A stretch of DNA of 58,595 nt from Obrimoposthia wandeli (taxonomy: Eukaryota), in contig CDROCS010005983.1 in assembly GCA_977020255.1 (NCBI GenBank), positions 1 to 58,595 of the forward strand, written 5' to 3'. Below, piece after piece: positions 22,602-38,634 of this stretch. Under the pieces are notes generated by a model. It did not search any database, was not told where the DNA came from, and saw nothing but the letters and a program-made list of their open reading frames with translations. Both the position numbers and the translations under genes were made by a program. The first letter of the stretch is position 1. Every line of letters starts with the position of its first letter.

Positions 22602-23386
22602 ATGCCATTTCAACATTACCGATTCAGCACTCTTGGAGTGTCTTTAAGTAGTGCACTAGAAGAATTTGCTGAAATGTACAAATTACCGAGAACTTTTACT
22701 CAACAAGTAATCTTTATTGTATATTGTCATTCAATAGAAATTTTAGGTTTATAATGAGTTTGACGATATTATAAATGACAAACTTGAGAAAAATGTCACA
22801 GATAAGATGACATTTAACGGTGATATGAGAGCGTACAGGTTTTGTGACAGTGTTTGGACATTCATTATGGAAAATTTGATCGTAATACAAAATGGAAAAA
22901 AGAAACTTTATCCGAAGGTTAGTTAATAAAAAAAATTACCAAGTATTTTGTTTAGATTTTTTAACTTATAGCATTGAGATAAAGCATAATTTTGATAAAT
23001 TGTAATGTATGCGAAGTCATTTGATTATTCGTAATGGTAAACATATATATTTAAATACACTTTTTAAAACATTCTCTTTCTTTTAAATTAACATATAAAT
23101 AGCCAAGCTGTACATTATTGCCATCATTTATAATACATATATTTTTAAAGTACCTCAAACATGTGCATATTGAGCATTTTTGTTACAAATACCTATTCTC
23201 TTAACACCGGTTATTAAAAAACTCTTTTTTTTTCACTTAGAACTTTTCATACAATCACATTTTCTCATCGATTTTTCTTGTATTCAGGTCAAAATCGTGG
23301 CTGTGGATCAACAAACAAACAGTAAGCGGAAATTGGAAGTCGATGATGAAGAAGTACAGCCACCATCTAAAAGATATCGATATTAA
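22602..23386 (+). CDS. GTF2A2-like: TFIIA-gamma homolog copy 3; exons 22602-22706, 22747-22917, 23288-23386
   Basis: Exons appear identical to copy 1. ORF-track entry 23180..23386 is intron read-through into exon 3. Confidence 0.92.
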
Positions 23387-26300
23387 ATGAATATTGAAAA
23401 ATAAAAATGTTTTTGTTTTGCAATATTAATTATCTATCTCTATTTTTATAACCTTGCCATTTCCCTTTTTCCCATTTCTCTCCCGGTGTTGAAATTTGAA
23501 TTGGTTTTCAAATGCTATGGTGAGTTGGATCATGTAAATTCAAATAATGTGCGTCCCAGCGATTCGTTTAAAATATTCCAGAATTCATCGTACAGTAATA
23601 AGGACTGAATGATGCATTTCCCTGATCTATATTTCCTGTAAATCCGACTAGAGTATATTGTCTAAAACCAGACCCATCAGTGGTAATCCAATGTTCAGTG
23701 TCATGGTAGTGTATCATATCATCACATGTAGGAATGTTCCAAATGTTATCACGGCCTAGGACATGTCCACGATTTACACTGCATGAAGGAGAGGAAGTTG
23801 TTTGGCATGACCGCCCGTTAATCTGATAATTGTGACTAGACTCATACTTCAGTTTCGCTTCATCGTTTTGAAGGCATCTAGTTTGCAATAACTTGAATTT
23901 CGTTAGAATAATTTGCAATTACTACACCATGATTACCGCTTCTTTCATGGTTTGGTTATTCGACTATGTTTCGAGTTGTATAGACTAAATTGTAAATATT
24001 TCTCTTTGAATATAGATTGCACAGGAATATGGTGTATAGAGTATATTGTAAAAAAGAAAGTGCCTCATTATTGAAAATGCGAACAACTGTAAAGAAAAAT
24101 TACCAAAATCTCATTAACTTTTATCAGAACAATCATTTAATATCCAGCCATCAGAACGACTGTAAAACATTTCTTTAGTGCCTACAACTTATCAATATTT
24201 GGACACATTCAAATTCTCTAAATAAATCCATTTATGTACATTTTGATTTTTTAAACCAGACTCTAATTCAAGAAGGATTCCTTGCCCACGTTCTATTCAC
24301 CACGTTGTCTTCAATAAACTTTATTATACGCAGATGAATACGCGATTGACTGAAGTATTTCGGTTTTTGGTAATTTTTGCTATAAAAACTTGTTAAAGTA
24401 AATACACCATCTTCATCTAAACTTAATTGACACAAAATATCTTATAAATATTAAAATGAGAAGATAAAAATTCTTCAAAGTCCGAAACGTCCTACTTTTA
24501 AATAAGCCTGTATACATCCTAGATTCGACAGGGGTACCCTCGTCGCGATACAAGTCTTGTCAGTCCTCAAAGACATCCGGATCCAGTTTGTACCCTCAAA
24601 TCAGAACTCTGCATATTATCCTAGTCGGGAAAGATACCTGCTAGGAGAAGCCAAGGAAGACTGGGCTTATGTTTTCAGGGAGGAAACAAGACTATTCGCT
24701 GTGTACTAACAGACAAAAGTCTTCGAATGCCATTATCTCTTGTTGGCAATACGCCCCATTTATGTCTTAGTATTTTCTGTTCTCGTTGGTCACATCACTC
24801 TCTTCGCCTATCAAGCACTTATCCAAGCGTGATGGGATTGGCGAGATTTTTATATATAAGCAGCTGCGAAATATAAGTAATTACCAGTTTGCTATTGTCA
24901 ATATTTATTGTAGGTTTTAGCAAAAGTTTAAATTTTTAGTAAAATATTTATATTAAAACCTAAACATTGAGTCTATTGTTTACGCCCAAGAATTTGAGAA
25001 GCCAGTATTCTTTTCAGAAGATTATATTTGGGAACTTCAGAAACTAACCCTGTTATGAAACCAAACAAAGTTAATTGAATTTTCTCCGTAGGGTTTGACA
25101 AGGAACACGGTGATAATTATTACATTGACATAAACAATATCTAAGAAACTCATTATCTATGACAGCTCATTGAATTTTTGTTCGAGTTACTTTTGATATT
25201 AGAAAACCTCTGATTTAACAGTATCTGGGGAAATTATTATCTATGGCGCACTTTGATATCCAGCAACAGAAAATGGACAACTGGTAATAATAGTTTGTCA
25301 TTCAGAATTCTAATTTAAAATTACTATATAAACAGTATTTCTGCATATTACGTCAAACTTCATTTAATCTTTCAGATAATTAAGATAACAGTAACCCTGA
25401 ATACTTTTAAACATCAAATTGGTTTAATTTAAATCGAACTTTAGTTTATTTTAATTATTAATTAAAATGTTCATTTCAATAAACGAATTTTTCTTTGTTG
25501 AATGAGCATTTGTTAAATTATACTGTGACTTATAATCGCTTGTCTTATTATAATAATCATCATTTTACCAGTTTTTATTTAAATACATATTTATTAGTTT
25601 TTTAAATCCAGTGCTTTGATTTAACCCGATTATTATTATTTAATTTTTGGTAAATAGCACAACAATCAGGAATTATATTTAATGTTGTGAAATGAATTTG
25701 GCCTACTACTTACCAGGCTAGTTAAGCGATTTTGGACGAATTTGTAAAGAGGATTTAGTTTGGATTTGTCAACCATAGAGTGAATAGGAAGATGTGAAAC
25801 TAAATATTCCGACGTTACAGAAAAAGACTGAAATGTCAATAGAATGCATCACTTACCCAATGTGTCGGGCTCCGATGTTTTCCCATTTCGCAACCACTAC
25901 ATGGGTCAGCACTGCGCGAGAGGTGTGGCATTCCGGTCGAGGCCAGACGCATCCCATCGATCGTCCTGGCATATTCGCTGAATCTCCAGCGACCCCGATA
26001 ATGACAGTGGGCAGAACCATTCAATTTATGGAGGATCAAAACATCGAGGCGGACTTCGCTATATCCCCACCTGTTTTGCCGTTCCTACCTTGTTTTTTTC
26101 TACCTGTTATCTTTTGACCCTACCTTCTCACCAGCTTCCTTGTAGAATACATATGTATAATAACTAAAGATAAAACTAATGATTCTGATTTTAATTCTTT
26201 TGTCTAAAATGTATTAGGAACGTGTATTAAACTTTATATACAAGATAAATAATTAATTAAACCCGGAACTCAAAATGATACAAAGTCTATAATAAAAGCC

Positions 26301-29300
26301 GGATGCAAACTATGTTATTTTTAAAAAATTCAAGTCTCTAAGTTCGATCCCTACGATAAATATGTAGCCAGTAGAATTGCGCAACATCCGTCAAATTGTA
26401 AAATCATGCAATATTTGTATAAATCACATAGTTGCTGAATAATGTTACACAATATGGCAACATGCAACACCTAATTACGTGGTACAACGTAGAACTCTCT
26501 TTCAGAACAGATTGATGCTAACAAAATAATTAACTTTCCAATTTTCTGACGATTTTGAGACGTAGAAAATGATGCAGAATAGCTTACAGATGAAGATGAC
26601 TAAAATCATGTTTTCTGTAACTACAAATATAATATTATGTAATTGAACATTTCATAAACCTAATAAGAAAATAATTCTACTTTATAATCTATAAGAATTT
26701 AATTTCAGTCTTTAAAAAACTGCGTTATATTTATATAAATAAAACTGTACCCATGTTAATTAATAAATTACAATATATTACAAGATGAGAACTAATCTAT
26801 TTGATTTCTAAATTTAACATTTATAAAATACTTATAAAACTCTAAAATATTAAGAAAATAGAAATCATTGTTTTGTTAGATTTTTTTAATAATCTAATAA
26901 AATGTAACATATATAACATATAAAATATTTTCATTCAAAAACGCAGAATGTGCTGGCTACTATACATAAACGGATGTATATTTACATGGATTCTCGCAAG
27001 GAAAAATCCTTCTATAATCAAGAAATCATATTATATTTTCAATAATATATGTAGAACTGTGACACCTAAATTCTCCAAGATTTACATAAATTATTTCGAG
27101 AGGAAAAAAGTATCAACCGCTTAAAAAACTGATGTCAATCGAGAAAACACTTTAAACTTTTAAGTATAAGGCTCAAAAATTTTATATACCAATAAGAAAA
27201 CAAAGAAACATACAGTTACTAAATAATGTGTATTGTCTGCAAAATTTCCGTTTACAGAATGCCAACGCCACCAGTTTGTCATTTTAAAAACAGGTTCGTT
27301 CTTTAATTTGTTTATTTTTATTCTTTTTATGTTATTTTATCACCACTATCGCTATAATATTTATTTTTTATTTTACGTAACTCTCAATAATTGTTGGCCC
27401 TTGGTCATTTTTTTAAAGTAATAAAATTATATTACCATTTTTTATATTTAATAAAGCCCAACAGTTACATTAAATTGTCAACACAAATTTACATTTCAAA
27501 TGAAAATATATAAATAAAATTTTATAAGATTTTGCTTTAAAAATATTATTAATAAAAAATATATATTGTAATCATTTTTACATTATCTATATTATTAGAT
27601 TGAATGATTGAATTATTTGGACTTATATTTCTGATTTCGTAAGGGTTTCTGTAACATCTTTTTAAAGGTTAAGAGTAAGTTATACGTAATTTACAACCAA
27701 ATTAAAAATAAGTCGTACTTTAATGAATCAAAAATCATTTTAAAGCGTAAATTTATTTTGATTAAAAAATTATATATTAACAAAATTTAAATTATGGTTA
27801 TCCTATACTACAAGAAGTACATATATATTTTGTAATACTAACATTTACACTCATTTATTAATGTTTTTCGGTTCAGGAGAAAATTAGTTGTCACAACCTA
27901 CAATTGAACAACAAATCTCACTACTTGTAAGTATACCACTGAACTATCGGGACTCGTAATTTCTCCATATAAATCAACTAAGAATTTTAGAATGAGGATT
28001 GTACAATTATAATTTTTAAGTAGATTAATTTTGTTCAATACAGATCTTAACAATTTCGACAATTAATCATGATGATAAACTGATTTTTGATCAAATAATC
28101 TAAGTAAAAATTCCACCTTTGTAGAACTGATACTTTTATAGAAACCAAAATTACTTAAATTTATATAAACCTTAGAATTTAAGTCACACTCTTCTCATGA
28201 CTTACCATATAGAGCCCTATCCCCGGGGATATGAGTCATTGATGATTCGTGTTCTTCATTCTCGGGGAATATATACCGGAAGATATCACATGACTAAAAA
28301 GCTATAAAAATAAGTTGTTAATAAAATATTAATATTAAAATGTAACAAATAATCTTTTCTAAATCGGCGTTCACAAATTTGTAAGGATTGAAATGAAAAT
28401 TTAATAATCTAATTATTTTGAATATATGTATAAAGAAAACCATATTAATTCAATAAAAACTTTCATTTAGATATAGATTCACCTAATATGTTACCAGTCG
28501 CCAACTCTGAACATGTAAAATGAAAATATCACCAGCGTTGAAATTTTAGGTGCATATAAAAATCTGTATGAAAGAATTTCTCATTTCTAAAATGAAACTG
28601 GACTCTCAACTAGTTGTTGTACTTGTTTCCTGTCAATGCCTGTTGTGAAGAAAATATATTAGAAAATAGCTATTAATAAATATCTAACAAATTCACTAAG
28701 AATGTATAGTGGATCTTTCTCATAAGCAGATCTGGTAATATTGAATGACGTTTAACAAAAATATCGCTTAAACCATGATATACAGCTAACTTCAAAAAAT
28801 ATCACTTGCAAAGGTCTATTTTTTTTGATTAAATTATTATTAAATATAGAATTCTCAAAACTTTTGGACTCCCGTTCTTTTGTTCGTTTAATGTTAGCAG
28901 TTGAAGTGTTTTATTTGAGGGAAAATTTATTTAAATATAAATATTTAATGATCTTGATTTTTGAAACTTAAAGCTTTAAATTGAAAAAAAAAATCAACTT
29001 AATTATTTAAATAGGTTTTCAGTTTTTGCCTAACTTAACCTAAATGTTTTTAGGGAATTTTAGAAAATTATCGTATTTGTAGAAAGTTAAACCAGCAAAT
29101 TGCAGAATGGAAAGAGACATGTGTATGACGGGAAGACAAAACTTTGGTAATCGATAATTGGACTTATAAATAGCCGAATAAACATGCGACATAATATGAG
29201 CAGAATTTGAGAAGAAAGTGAAATCCAAGGCGAATTTCTGGTGACCCCCCTTCGTCATCTATATTCCCTTCAACTACTACAACACAAATTGGTGTCAGAA

Positions 29301-29916
29301 GGAAACCCAGTGCCACAACAACAAGCATCAACAATCCTCGCTCCAACAGCCAACAATATACTGTCTCAACATCAACGCCTCCTACTGTCGCCAAACAACA
29401 ATTCAACGCCTCTCAACAAATCTCAATTTCATTATAACACTTATATTGCTTATATTTGCATAATTGTATTTTTGTTGTTGTATTTTTATATGTCTAAATT
29501 ATTCAATTTTAGCATAAAAAAGATTTAGACTAACAACAAAAGTTAGTTTACAACAACTGAAATAAATTCAAAACATATGACTAATCTATTTTGAATATTT
29601 TGAATATTTATTTTTGACCTATTTCACTTAAAGTAATTAATATTTAATTCGAGAAATTCAACCAAGCGCAGGTAAACGGCGAGAGTAACTACGACTTTCT
29701 GAGGGAGACAAAAACAGGAATCTATGAGATTCTTCGAGAGGACCATAATATAAGTAAAAATACAGAGGATATTTTACTTAGAATAATTAATATTATAAAT
29801 ATTAATTCTGACCAATGTAATTTGGATAAAAACAATTTAAATCAAAAAGTAATTAATAGAAAACACTTGAGTCCTGTTTTGAATTATAAAATTCGAAAGA
29901 TAAAATCCTTTTTTAT

Positions 29917-30701
29917 ATGCCATTTCAACATTACCGATTCAGCACTCTTGGAGTGTCTTTAAGTAGTGCACTAGAAGAATTTGCTGAAATGTACAAATTA
30001 CCGAGAACTTTTACTCAACAAGTAATCTTTATTGTATATTGTCATTCAATAGAAATTTTAGGTTTATAATGAGTTTGACGATATTATAAATGACAAACTT
30101 GAGAAAAATGTCACAGATAAGATGACATTTAACGGTGATATGAGAGCGTACAGGTTTTGTGACAGTGTTTGGACATTCATTATGGAAAATTTGATCGTAA
30201 TACAAAATGGAAAAAAGAAACTTTATCCGAAGGTTAGTTAATAAAAAAAATTACCTAGTATTTTGTTTAGATTTTTTAACTTATAGCATTGAGATAAAGC
30301 ATAATTTTGGTAAATTGTAATGTATGCGAAGTCATTTGATTATTCGTAATGGTAAACATATATATTTAAATACACTTTTTAAAACATTCTCTTTCTTTTA
30401 AATTAACATATAAATAGCCAAGCTGTACATTATTGCCATCATTTATAATACATATATTTTTAAAGTACCTCAAACATGTGCATATTGAGCATTTTTGTTA
30501 CAAATACCTATTCTCTTAACACCGGTTATTAAAAAACTCTTTTTTTTTCACTTAGAACTTTTCATACAATCACATTTTCTCATCGATTTTTCTTGTATTC
30601 AGGTCAAAATCGTGGCTGTGGATCAACAAACAAACAGTAAGCGGAAATTGGAAGTCGATGATGAAGAAGTACAGCCACCATCTAAAAGATATCGATATTA
30701 A
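29917..30701 (+). CDS. GTF2A2-like: TFIIA-gamma homolog copy 4; exons 29917-30021, 30062-30232, 30603-30701
   Basis: Exons appear identical to copy 1; two substitutions lie in intron 2 only. Confidence 0.92.
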
Positions 30702-33700
30702 ATGAATATTGAAAAATAAAAATGTTTTTGTTTTGCAATATTAATTATCTATCTCTATTTTTATAACCTTGCCATTTCCCTTTTTCCCATTTCTCTCCCG
30801 GTGTTGAAATTTGAATTGGTTTTCAAATGCTATGGTGAGTTGGATCATGTAAATTCAAATAATGTGCGTCCCAGCGATTCGTTTAAAATATTCCAGAATT
30901 CATCGTACAGTAATAAGGACTGAATGATGCATTTCCCTGATCTATATTTCCTGTAAATCCGACTAGAGTATATTGTCTAAAACCAGACCCATCAGTGGTA
31001 ATCCAATGTTCAGTGTCATGGTAGTGTATCATATCATCACATGTAGGAATGTTCCAAATGTTATCACGGCCTAGGACATGTCCACGATTTACACTGCATG
31101 AAGGAGAGGAAGTTGTTTGGCATGACCGCCCGTTAATCTGATAATTGTGACTAGACTCATACTTCAGTTTCGCTTCATCGTTTTGAAGGCATCTAGTTTG
31201 CAATAACTTGAATTTCGTTAGAATAATTTGCACTTACTACACCATGATTACCACTTCTTTCATGGTTTGGTTATTCGACTATGTTTCGAGTTGTATAGAC
31301 TAAATTGTAAATATTTCTCTTTGAATATAGATTGCACAGGAATATGGTGTATAGAGTATATTGTAAAAAAGAAAGTGCCTCATTATTGAAAATGCGAACA
31401 ACTGTAAAGAAAAATTACCAAAATCTCATTAACTTTTATCAGAACAATCATTTAATATCCAGCCATCAGAACGACTGTAAAACATTTCTTTAGTGCCTAC
31501 AACTTATCAATATTTGGACACATTCAAATTCTCTAAATAAATCCATTTATGTACATTTTGATTTTTTAAACCAGACTCTAATTCAAGAAGGATTCCTTGC
31601 CCACGTTCTATTCACCACGTTGTCTTCAATAAACTTTATTATACGCAGATGAATACGCGATTGACTGAAGTATTTCGGTTTTTGGTAATTTTTGCTATAA
31701 AAACTTGTTAAAGTAAATACACCATCTTCATCTAAACTTAATTGACACAAAATATCTTATAAATATTAAAATGAGAAGATAAAAATTCTTCAAAGTCCGA
31801 AACGTCCTACTTTTAAATAAGCCTGTATACATCCTAGATTCGACAGGGGTACCCTCGTCGCGATACAAGTCTTGTCAGTCCTCAAAGACATCCGGATCCA
31901 GTTTGTACCCTCAAATCAGAACTCTGCATATTATCCTAGTCGGGAAAGATACCTGCTAGGAGAAGCCAAGGAAGACTGGGCTTATGTTTTCAGGGAGGAA
32001 ACAAGACTATTCGCTGTGTACTAACAGACAAAAGTCTTCGAATGCCATTATCTCTTGTTGGCAATACGCCCCATTTATGTCTTAGTATTTTCTGTTCTCG
32101 TTGGTCACATCACTCTCTTCGCCTATCAAGCACTTATCCAGGCGTGATGGGATTGGCGAGATTTTTATATATAAGCAGCTGCGAAATATAAGTAATTACC
32201 AGTTTGCTATTGTCAATATTTATTGTAGGTTTTAGCAAAAGTTTAAATTTTTAGTAAAATATTTATATTAAAACCTAAACATTGAGTCTATTGTTTACGC
32301 CCAAGAATTTGAGAAGCCAGTATTCTTTTCAGAAGATTATATTTGGGAACTTCAGAAACTAACCCTGTTATGAAACCAAACAAAGTTAATTGAATTTTCT
32401 CCGTAGGGTTTGACAAGGAACACGGTGATAATTATTACATTGACATAAACAATATCTAAGAAACTCATTATCTATGACAGCTCATTGAATTTTTGTTCGA
32501 GTTACTTTTGATATTAGAAAACCTCTGATTTAACAGTATCTGGGGAAATTATTATCTATGGCGCACTTTGATCTCCAGCAACAGAAAATGGACAACTGGT
32601 AATAATAGTTTGTCATTCAGAATTCTAATTTAAAATTACTATATAAACAGTATTTCTGCATATTACGTCAAACTTCATTTAATCTTTCAGATAATTAAGA
32701 TAACAGTAACCCTGAATACTTTTAAACATCAAATTGGTTTAATTTAAATCGAACTTTAGTTTATTTTAATTATTAATTAAAATGTTCATTTCAATAAACG
32801 AATTTTTTTTGTTGAATGAGCATTTGTTAAATTATACTGTGACTTATAATCGCTTGTCTTATTATAATAATCATCATTTTACCAGTTTTTATTTAAATAC
32901 ATCTTTATTAGTTTTTTAAATCCAGTGCTTTGATTTAACCCGATTATTATTATTTAATTTTTGGTAAATAGCACAACAATCAGGAATTATATTTAATGTT
33001 GTGAAATGAATTTGGCCTACTACTTACCAGGCTAGTTAAGCGATTTTGGACGAATTTGTAAAGAGGATTTAGTTTGGATTTGTCAACCATAGAGTGAATA
33101 GGAAGATGTGAAACTAAATATTCCGACGTTACAGAAAAAGACTGAAATGTCAATAGAATGCATCACTTACCCAATGTGTCGGGCTCCGATGTTTTCCCAT
33201 TTCGCAACCACTACATGGGTCAGCACTGCGCGAGAGGTGTGGCATTCCGGTCGAGGCCAGACGCATCCCATCGATCGTCCTGGCATATTCGCTGAATCTC
33301 CAGCGACCCCGATAATGACAGTGGGCAGAACCATTCAATTTATGGAGGATCAAAACATCGAGGCGGACTTCGCTATATCCCCACCTGTTTTGCCGTTCCT
33401 ACCTTGTTTTTTTCTACCTGTTATCTTTTGACCCTACCTTCTCACCAGCTTCCTTGTAGAATACATATGTATAATAACTAAAGATAAAACTAATGATTCT
33501 GATTTTAATTCTTTTGTCTAAAATGTATTAGGAACGTGTATTAAACTTTATATACAAGATAAATAATTAATTAAACCCGGAACTCAAAATGATACAAAGT
33601 CTATAATAAAAGCCGGATGCAAACTATGTTATTTTTAAAAAATTCAAGTCTCTAAGTTCGATCCCTACGATAAATATGTAGCCAGTAGAATTGCGCAACA

Positions 33701-36567
33701 TCCGTCAAATTGTAAAATCATGCAATATTTGTATAAATCACATAGTTGCTGAATAATGTTACACAATATGGCAACATGCAACACCTAATTACGTGGTACA
33801 ACGTAGAACTCTCTTTCAGAACAGATTGATGCTAACAAAATAATTAACTTTCCAATTTTCTGACGATTTTGAGACGTAGAAAATGATGCAGAATAGCTTA
33901 CAGATGAAGATGACTAAAATCATGTTTTCTGTAACTACAAATATAATATTATGTAATTGAACATTTCATAAACCTAATAAGAAAATAATTCTACTTTATA
34001 ATCTATAAGAATTTAATTTCAGTCTTTAAAAAACTGCGTTATATTTATATAAATAAAACTGTACCCATGTTAATTAATAAATTACAATATATTACAAGAT
34101 GAGAACTAATCTATTTGATTTCTAAATTTAACATTTATAAAATACTTATAAAACTCTAAAATATTAAGAAAATAGAAATCATTGTTTTGTTAGATTTTTT
34201 TAATAATCTAATAAAATGTAACATATATAACATATAAAATATTTTCATTCAAAAACGCAGAATGTGCTGGCTACTATACATAAACGGATGTATATTTACA
34301 TGGATTCTCGCAAGGAAAAATCCTTCTATAATCAAGAAATCATATTATATTTTCAATAATATATGTAGAACTGTGACACCTAAATTCTCCAAGATTTACA
34401 TAAATTATTTCGAGAGGAAAAAAGTATCAACCGCTTAAAAAACTGATGTCAATCGAGAAAACACTTTAAACTTTTAAGTATAAGGCTCAAAAAATTTTAT
34501 ATACCAATAAGAAAACAAAGAAACATACAGTTACTAAATAATGTGTATTGTCTGCAAAATTTCCGTTTACAGAATGCCAACGCCACCAGTTTGTCATTTT
34601 AAAAACAGGTTCGTTCTTTAATTTGTTTATTTTTATTCTTTTTATGTTATTTTATCACCACTATCGCTATAATATTTATTTTTTATTTTACGTAACTCTC
34701 AATAATTGTTGGCCCTTGGTCATTTTTTTAAAGTAATAAAATTATATTACCATTTTTTATATTTAATAAAGCCCAACAGTTACATTAAATTGTCAACACA
34801 AATTTACATTTCAAATGAAAATATATAAATAAAATTTTATAAGATTTTGCTTTAAAAATATTATTAATAAAAAATATATATTGTAATCATTTTTACATTA
34901 TCTATATTATTAGATTGAATGATTGAATTATTTGGACTTATATTTCTGATTTCGTAAGGGTTTCTGTAACATCTTTTTAAAGGTTAAGAGTAAGTTATAC
35001 GTAATTTACAACCAAATTAAAAATAAGTCGTACTTTAATGAATCAAAAATCATTTTAAAGCGTAAATTTATTTTGATTAAAAAATTATATATTAACAAAA
35101 TTTAAATTATGGTTATCCTATACTACAAGAAGTACATATATATTTTGTAATACTAACATTTACACTCATTTATTAATGTTTTTCGGTTCAGGAGAAAATT
35201 AGTTGTCACAACCTACAATTGAACAACAAATCTCACTACTTGTAAGTATACCACTGAACTATCGGGACTCGTAATTTCTCCATATAAATCAACTAAGAAT
35301 TTTAGAATGAGGATTGTACAATTATAATTTTTAAGTAGATTAATTTTGTTCAATACAGATCTTAACAATTTCGACAATTAATCATGATGATAAACTGATT
35401 TTTGATCAAATAATCTAAGTAAAAATTCCACCTTTGTAGAACTGATACTTTTATAGAAACCAAAATTACTTAAATTTATATAAACCTTAGAATTTAAGTC
35501 ACACTCTTCTCATGACTTACCATATAGAGCCCTATCCCCGGGGATATGAGTCATTGATGATTCGTGTTCTTCATTCTCGGGGAATATATACCGGAAGATA
35601 TCACATGACTAAAAAGCTATAAAAATAAGTTGTTAATAAAATATTAATATTAAAATGTAACAAATAATCTTTTCTAAATCGGCGTTCACAAATTTGTAAG
35701 GATTGAAATGAAAATTTAATAATCTAATTATTTTGAATATATGTATAAAGAAAACCATATTAATTCAATAAAAACTTTCATTTAGATATAGATTCACCTA
35801 ATATGTTACCAGTCGCCAACTCTGAACATGTAAAATGAAAATATCACCAGCGTTGAAATTTTAGGTGCATATAAAAATCTGTATGAAAGAATTTCTCATT
35901 TCTAAAATGAAACTGGACTCTCAACTAGTTGTTGTACTTGTTTCCTGTCAATGCCTGTTGTGAAGAAAATATATTAGAAAATAGCTATTAATAAATATCT
36001 AACAAATTCACTAAGAATGTATAGTGGATCTTTCTCATAAGCAGATCTGGTAATATTGAATGACGTTTAACAAAAATATCGCTTAAACCATGATATACAG
36101 CTAACTTCAAAAAATATCACTTGCAAAGGTCTATTTTTTTGATTAAATTATTATTAAATATAGAATTCTCAAAACTTTTGGACTCCCGTTCTTTTGTTCG
36201 TTTAATGTTAGCAGTTGAAGTGTTTTATTTGAGGGAAAATTTATTTAAATATAAATATTTAATGATCTTGATTTTTGAAACTTAAAGCTTTAAATTGAAA
36301 AAAAAATCAACTTAATTATTTAAATAGGTTTTCAGTTTTTGCCTAACTTAACCTAAATGTTTTTAGGGAATTTTAGAAAATTATCGTATTTGTAGAAAGT
36401 TAAACCAGCAAATTGCAGAATGGAAAGAGACATGTGTATGACGGGAAGACAAAACCTTGGTAATCGATAATTGGACTTATAAATAGCCGAATAAACATGC
36501 GACATAATATGAGCAGAATTTGAGAAGAAAGTGAAATCCAAGGCGAATTTCTGGTGACCCCCCTTCG

Positions 36568-37579
36568 TCATCTATATTCCCTTCAACTACTACAACACAA
36601 ATTGGTGTCAGAAGGAAACCCAGTGCCACAACAACAAGCATCAACAATCCTCGCTCCAACAGCCAACAATATACTGTCTCAACATCAACGCCTCCTACTG
36701 TCGCCAAACAACAATTCAACGCCTCTCAACAAATCTCAATTTCATTATAACACTTATATTGCTTATATTTGCATAATTGTATTTTTGTTGTTGTATTTTT
36801 ATATGTCTAAATTATTCAATTTTAGCATAAAAAAGATTTAGACTAACAATAAAAGTTAGTTTACAACAACTGAAATAAATTCAAAACATATGACTAATCT
36901 ATTTTGAATATTTTGAATATTTATTTTTGACCTATTTCACTTAAAGTAATTAATATTTTGAATATTTTGAATATTTATTTTTGACCTATTTCACTTAAAG
37001 TAATTAAAGTGAAACCATTTTTATTTGTTATAAATAAAGTGTCTCTGTTGTGACCCCTAAGCAACCCCGGTGGTCTTATTATGGTTGTGAAATTATTTTA
37101 TAAGTAAAAATTGTTAATTTATCGGTTATAAATAAATCGTTATTTGATTATTACTCTTTTAATCCCGGGTCTCCTACAATTTTCTCTTCTCATCTATATT
37201 CCCTTCAACTACTACAACACAAATTGGTGTCAGAAGGAAACCCAGTGCCACAACAACAAGCATCAACAATCCTCGCTCCAACAGCCAACAATATACTGTC
37301 TCAACATCAACGCCTCCTACTGTCGCCAAACAACAATTCAACGCCTCTCAACAAATCTCAATTTCATTATAACACTTATATTGCTTATATTTGCATAATT
37401 GTATTTTTGTTGTTGTATTTTTATATGTCTAAATTATTCAATTTTAGCATAAAAAGATTTAGACTAACAACAAAAGTTAGTTTACAACAACTGAAATAAA
37501 TTCAAAACATATGACTAATCTATTTTGAATATTTTGAATATTTATTTTTGACCTATTTCACTTAAAGTAATTAATATTT
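36568..37579 (+). repeat. 622-bp module, 2 core copies (unit 5)
   Basis: Same structure as unit 2. Confidence 0.95.
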
Positions 37580-37850
37580 AATTCGAGAAATTCAACCAAG
37601 CGCAGGTAAACGGCGAGAGTAACTACGACTTTCTGAGGGAGACAAAAACAGGAATCTATGAGATTCTTCGAGAGGACCATAATATAAGTAAAAATACAGA
37701 GGATATTTTACTTAGAATAATTAATATTATAAATATTAATTCTGACCAATGTAATTTGGATAAAAACAATTTAAATCAAAAAGTAATTAATAGAAAACAC
37801 TTGAGTCCTGTTTTGAATTATAAAATTCGAAAGATAAAATCCTTTTTTAT

Positions 37851-38634
37851 ATGCCATTTCAACATTACCGATTCAGCACTCTTGGAGTGTCTTTAAGTAG
37901 TGCACTAGAAGAATTTGCTGAAATGTACAAATTACCGAGAACTTTTACTCAACAAGTAATCTTTATTGTATATTGTCATTCAATAGAAATTTTAGGTTTA
38001 TAATGAGTTTGACGATATTATAAATGACAAACTTGAGAAAAATGTCACAGATAAGATGACATTTAACGGTGATATGAGAGCGTACAGGTTTTGTGACAGT
38101 GTTTGGACATTCATTATGGAAAATTTGATCGTAATACAAAATGGAAAAAAGAAACTTTATCCGAAGGTTAGTTAATAAAAAAATTACCAAGTATTTTGTT
38201 TAGATTTTTTTAACTTATAGCATTGAGATAAAGCATAATTTTGATAAATTGTAATGTATGCGAAGTCATTTGATTATTCGTAATGGTAAACATATATATT
38301 TAAATACACTTTTTAAAACATTCTCTTTCTTTTAAATTAACATATAAATAGCCAAGCTGTACATTATTGCCATCATTTATAATACATATATTTTTAAAGT
38401 ACCTCAAACATGTGCATATTGAGCATTTTTGTTACAAATACCTATTCTCTTAACACCGGTTATTAAAAAACTCTTTTTTTTCACTTAGAACTTTTCATAC
38501 AATCACATTTTCTCATCGATTTTTCTTGTATTCAGGTCAAAATCGTGGCTGTGGATCAACAAACAAACAGTAAGCGGAAATTGGAAGTCGATGATGAAGA
38601 AGTACAGCCACCATCTAAAAGATATCGATATTAA
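37851..38634 (+). CDS. GTF2A2-like: TFIIA-gamma homolog copy 5; exons 37851-37955, 37996-38166, 38536-38634
   Basis: Exons appear identical to copy 1 and splice sites are intact. Confidence 0.92.
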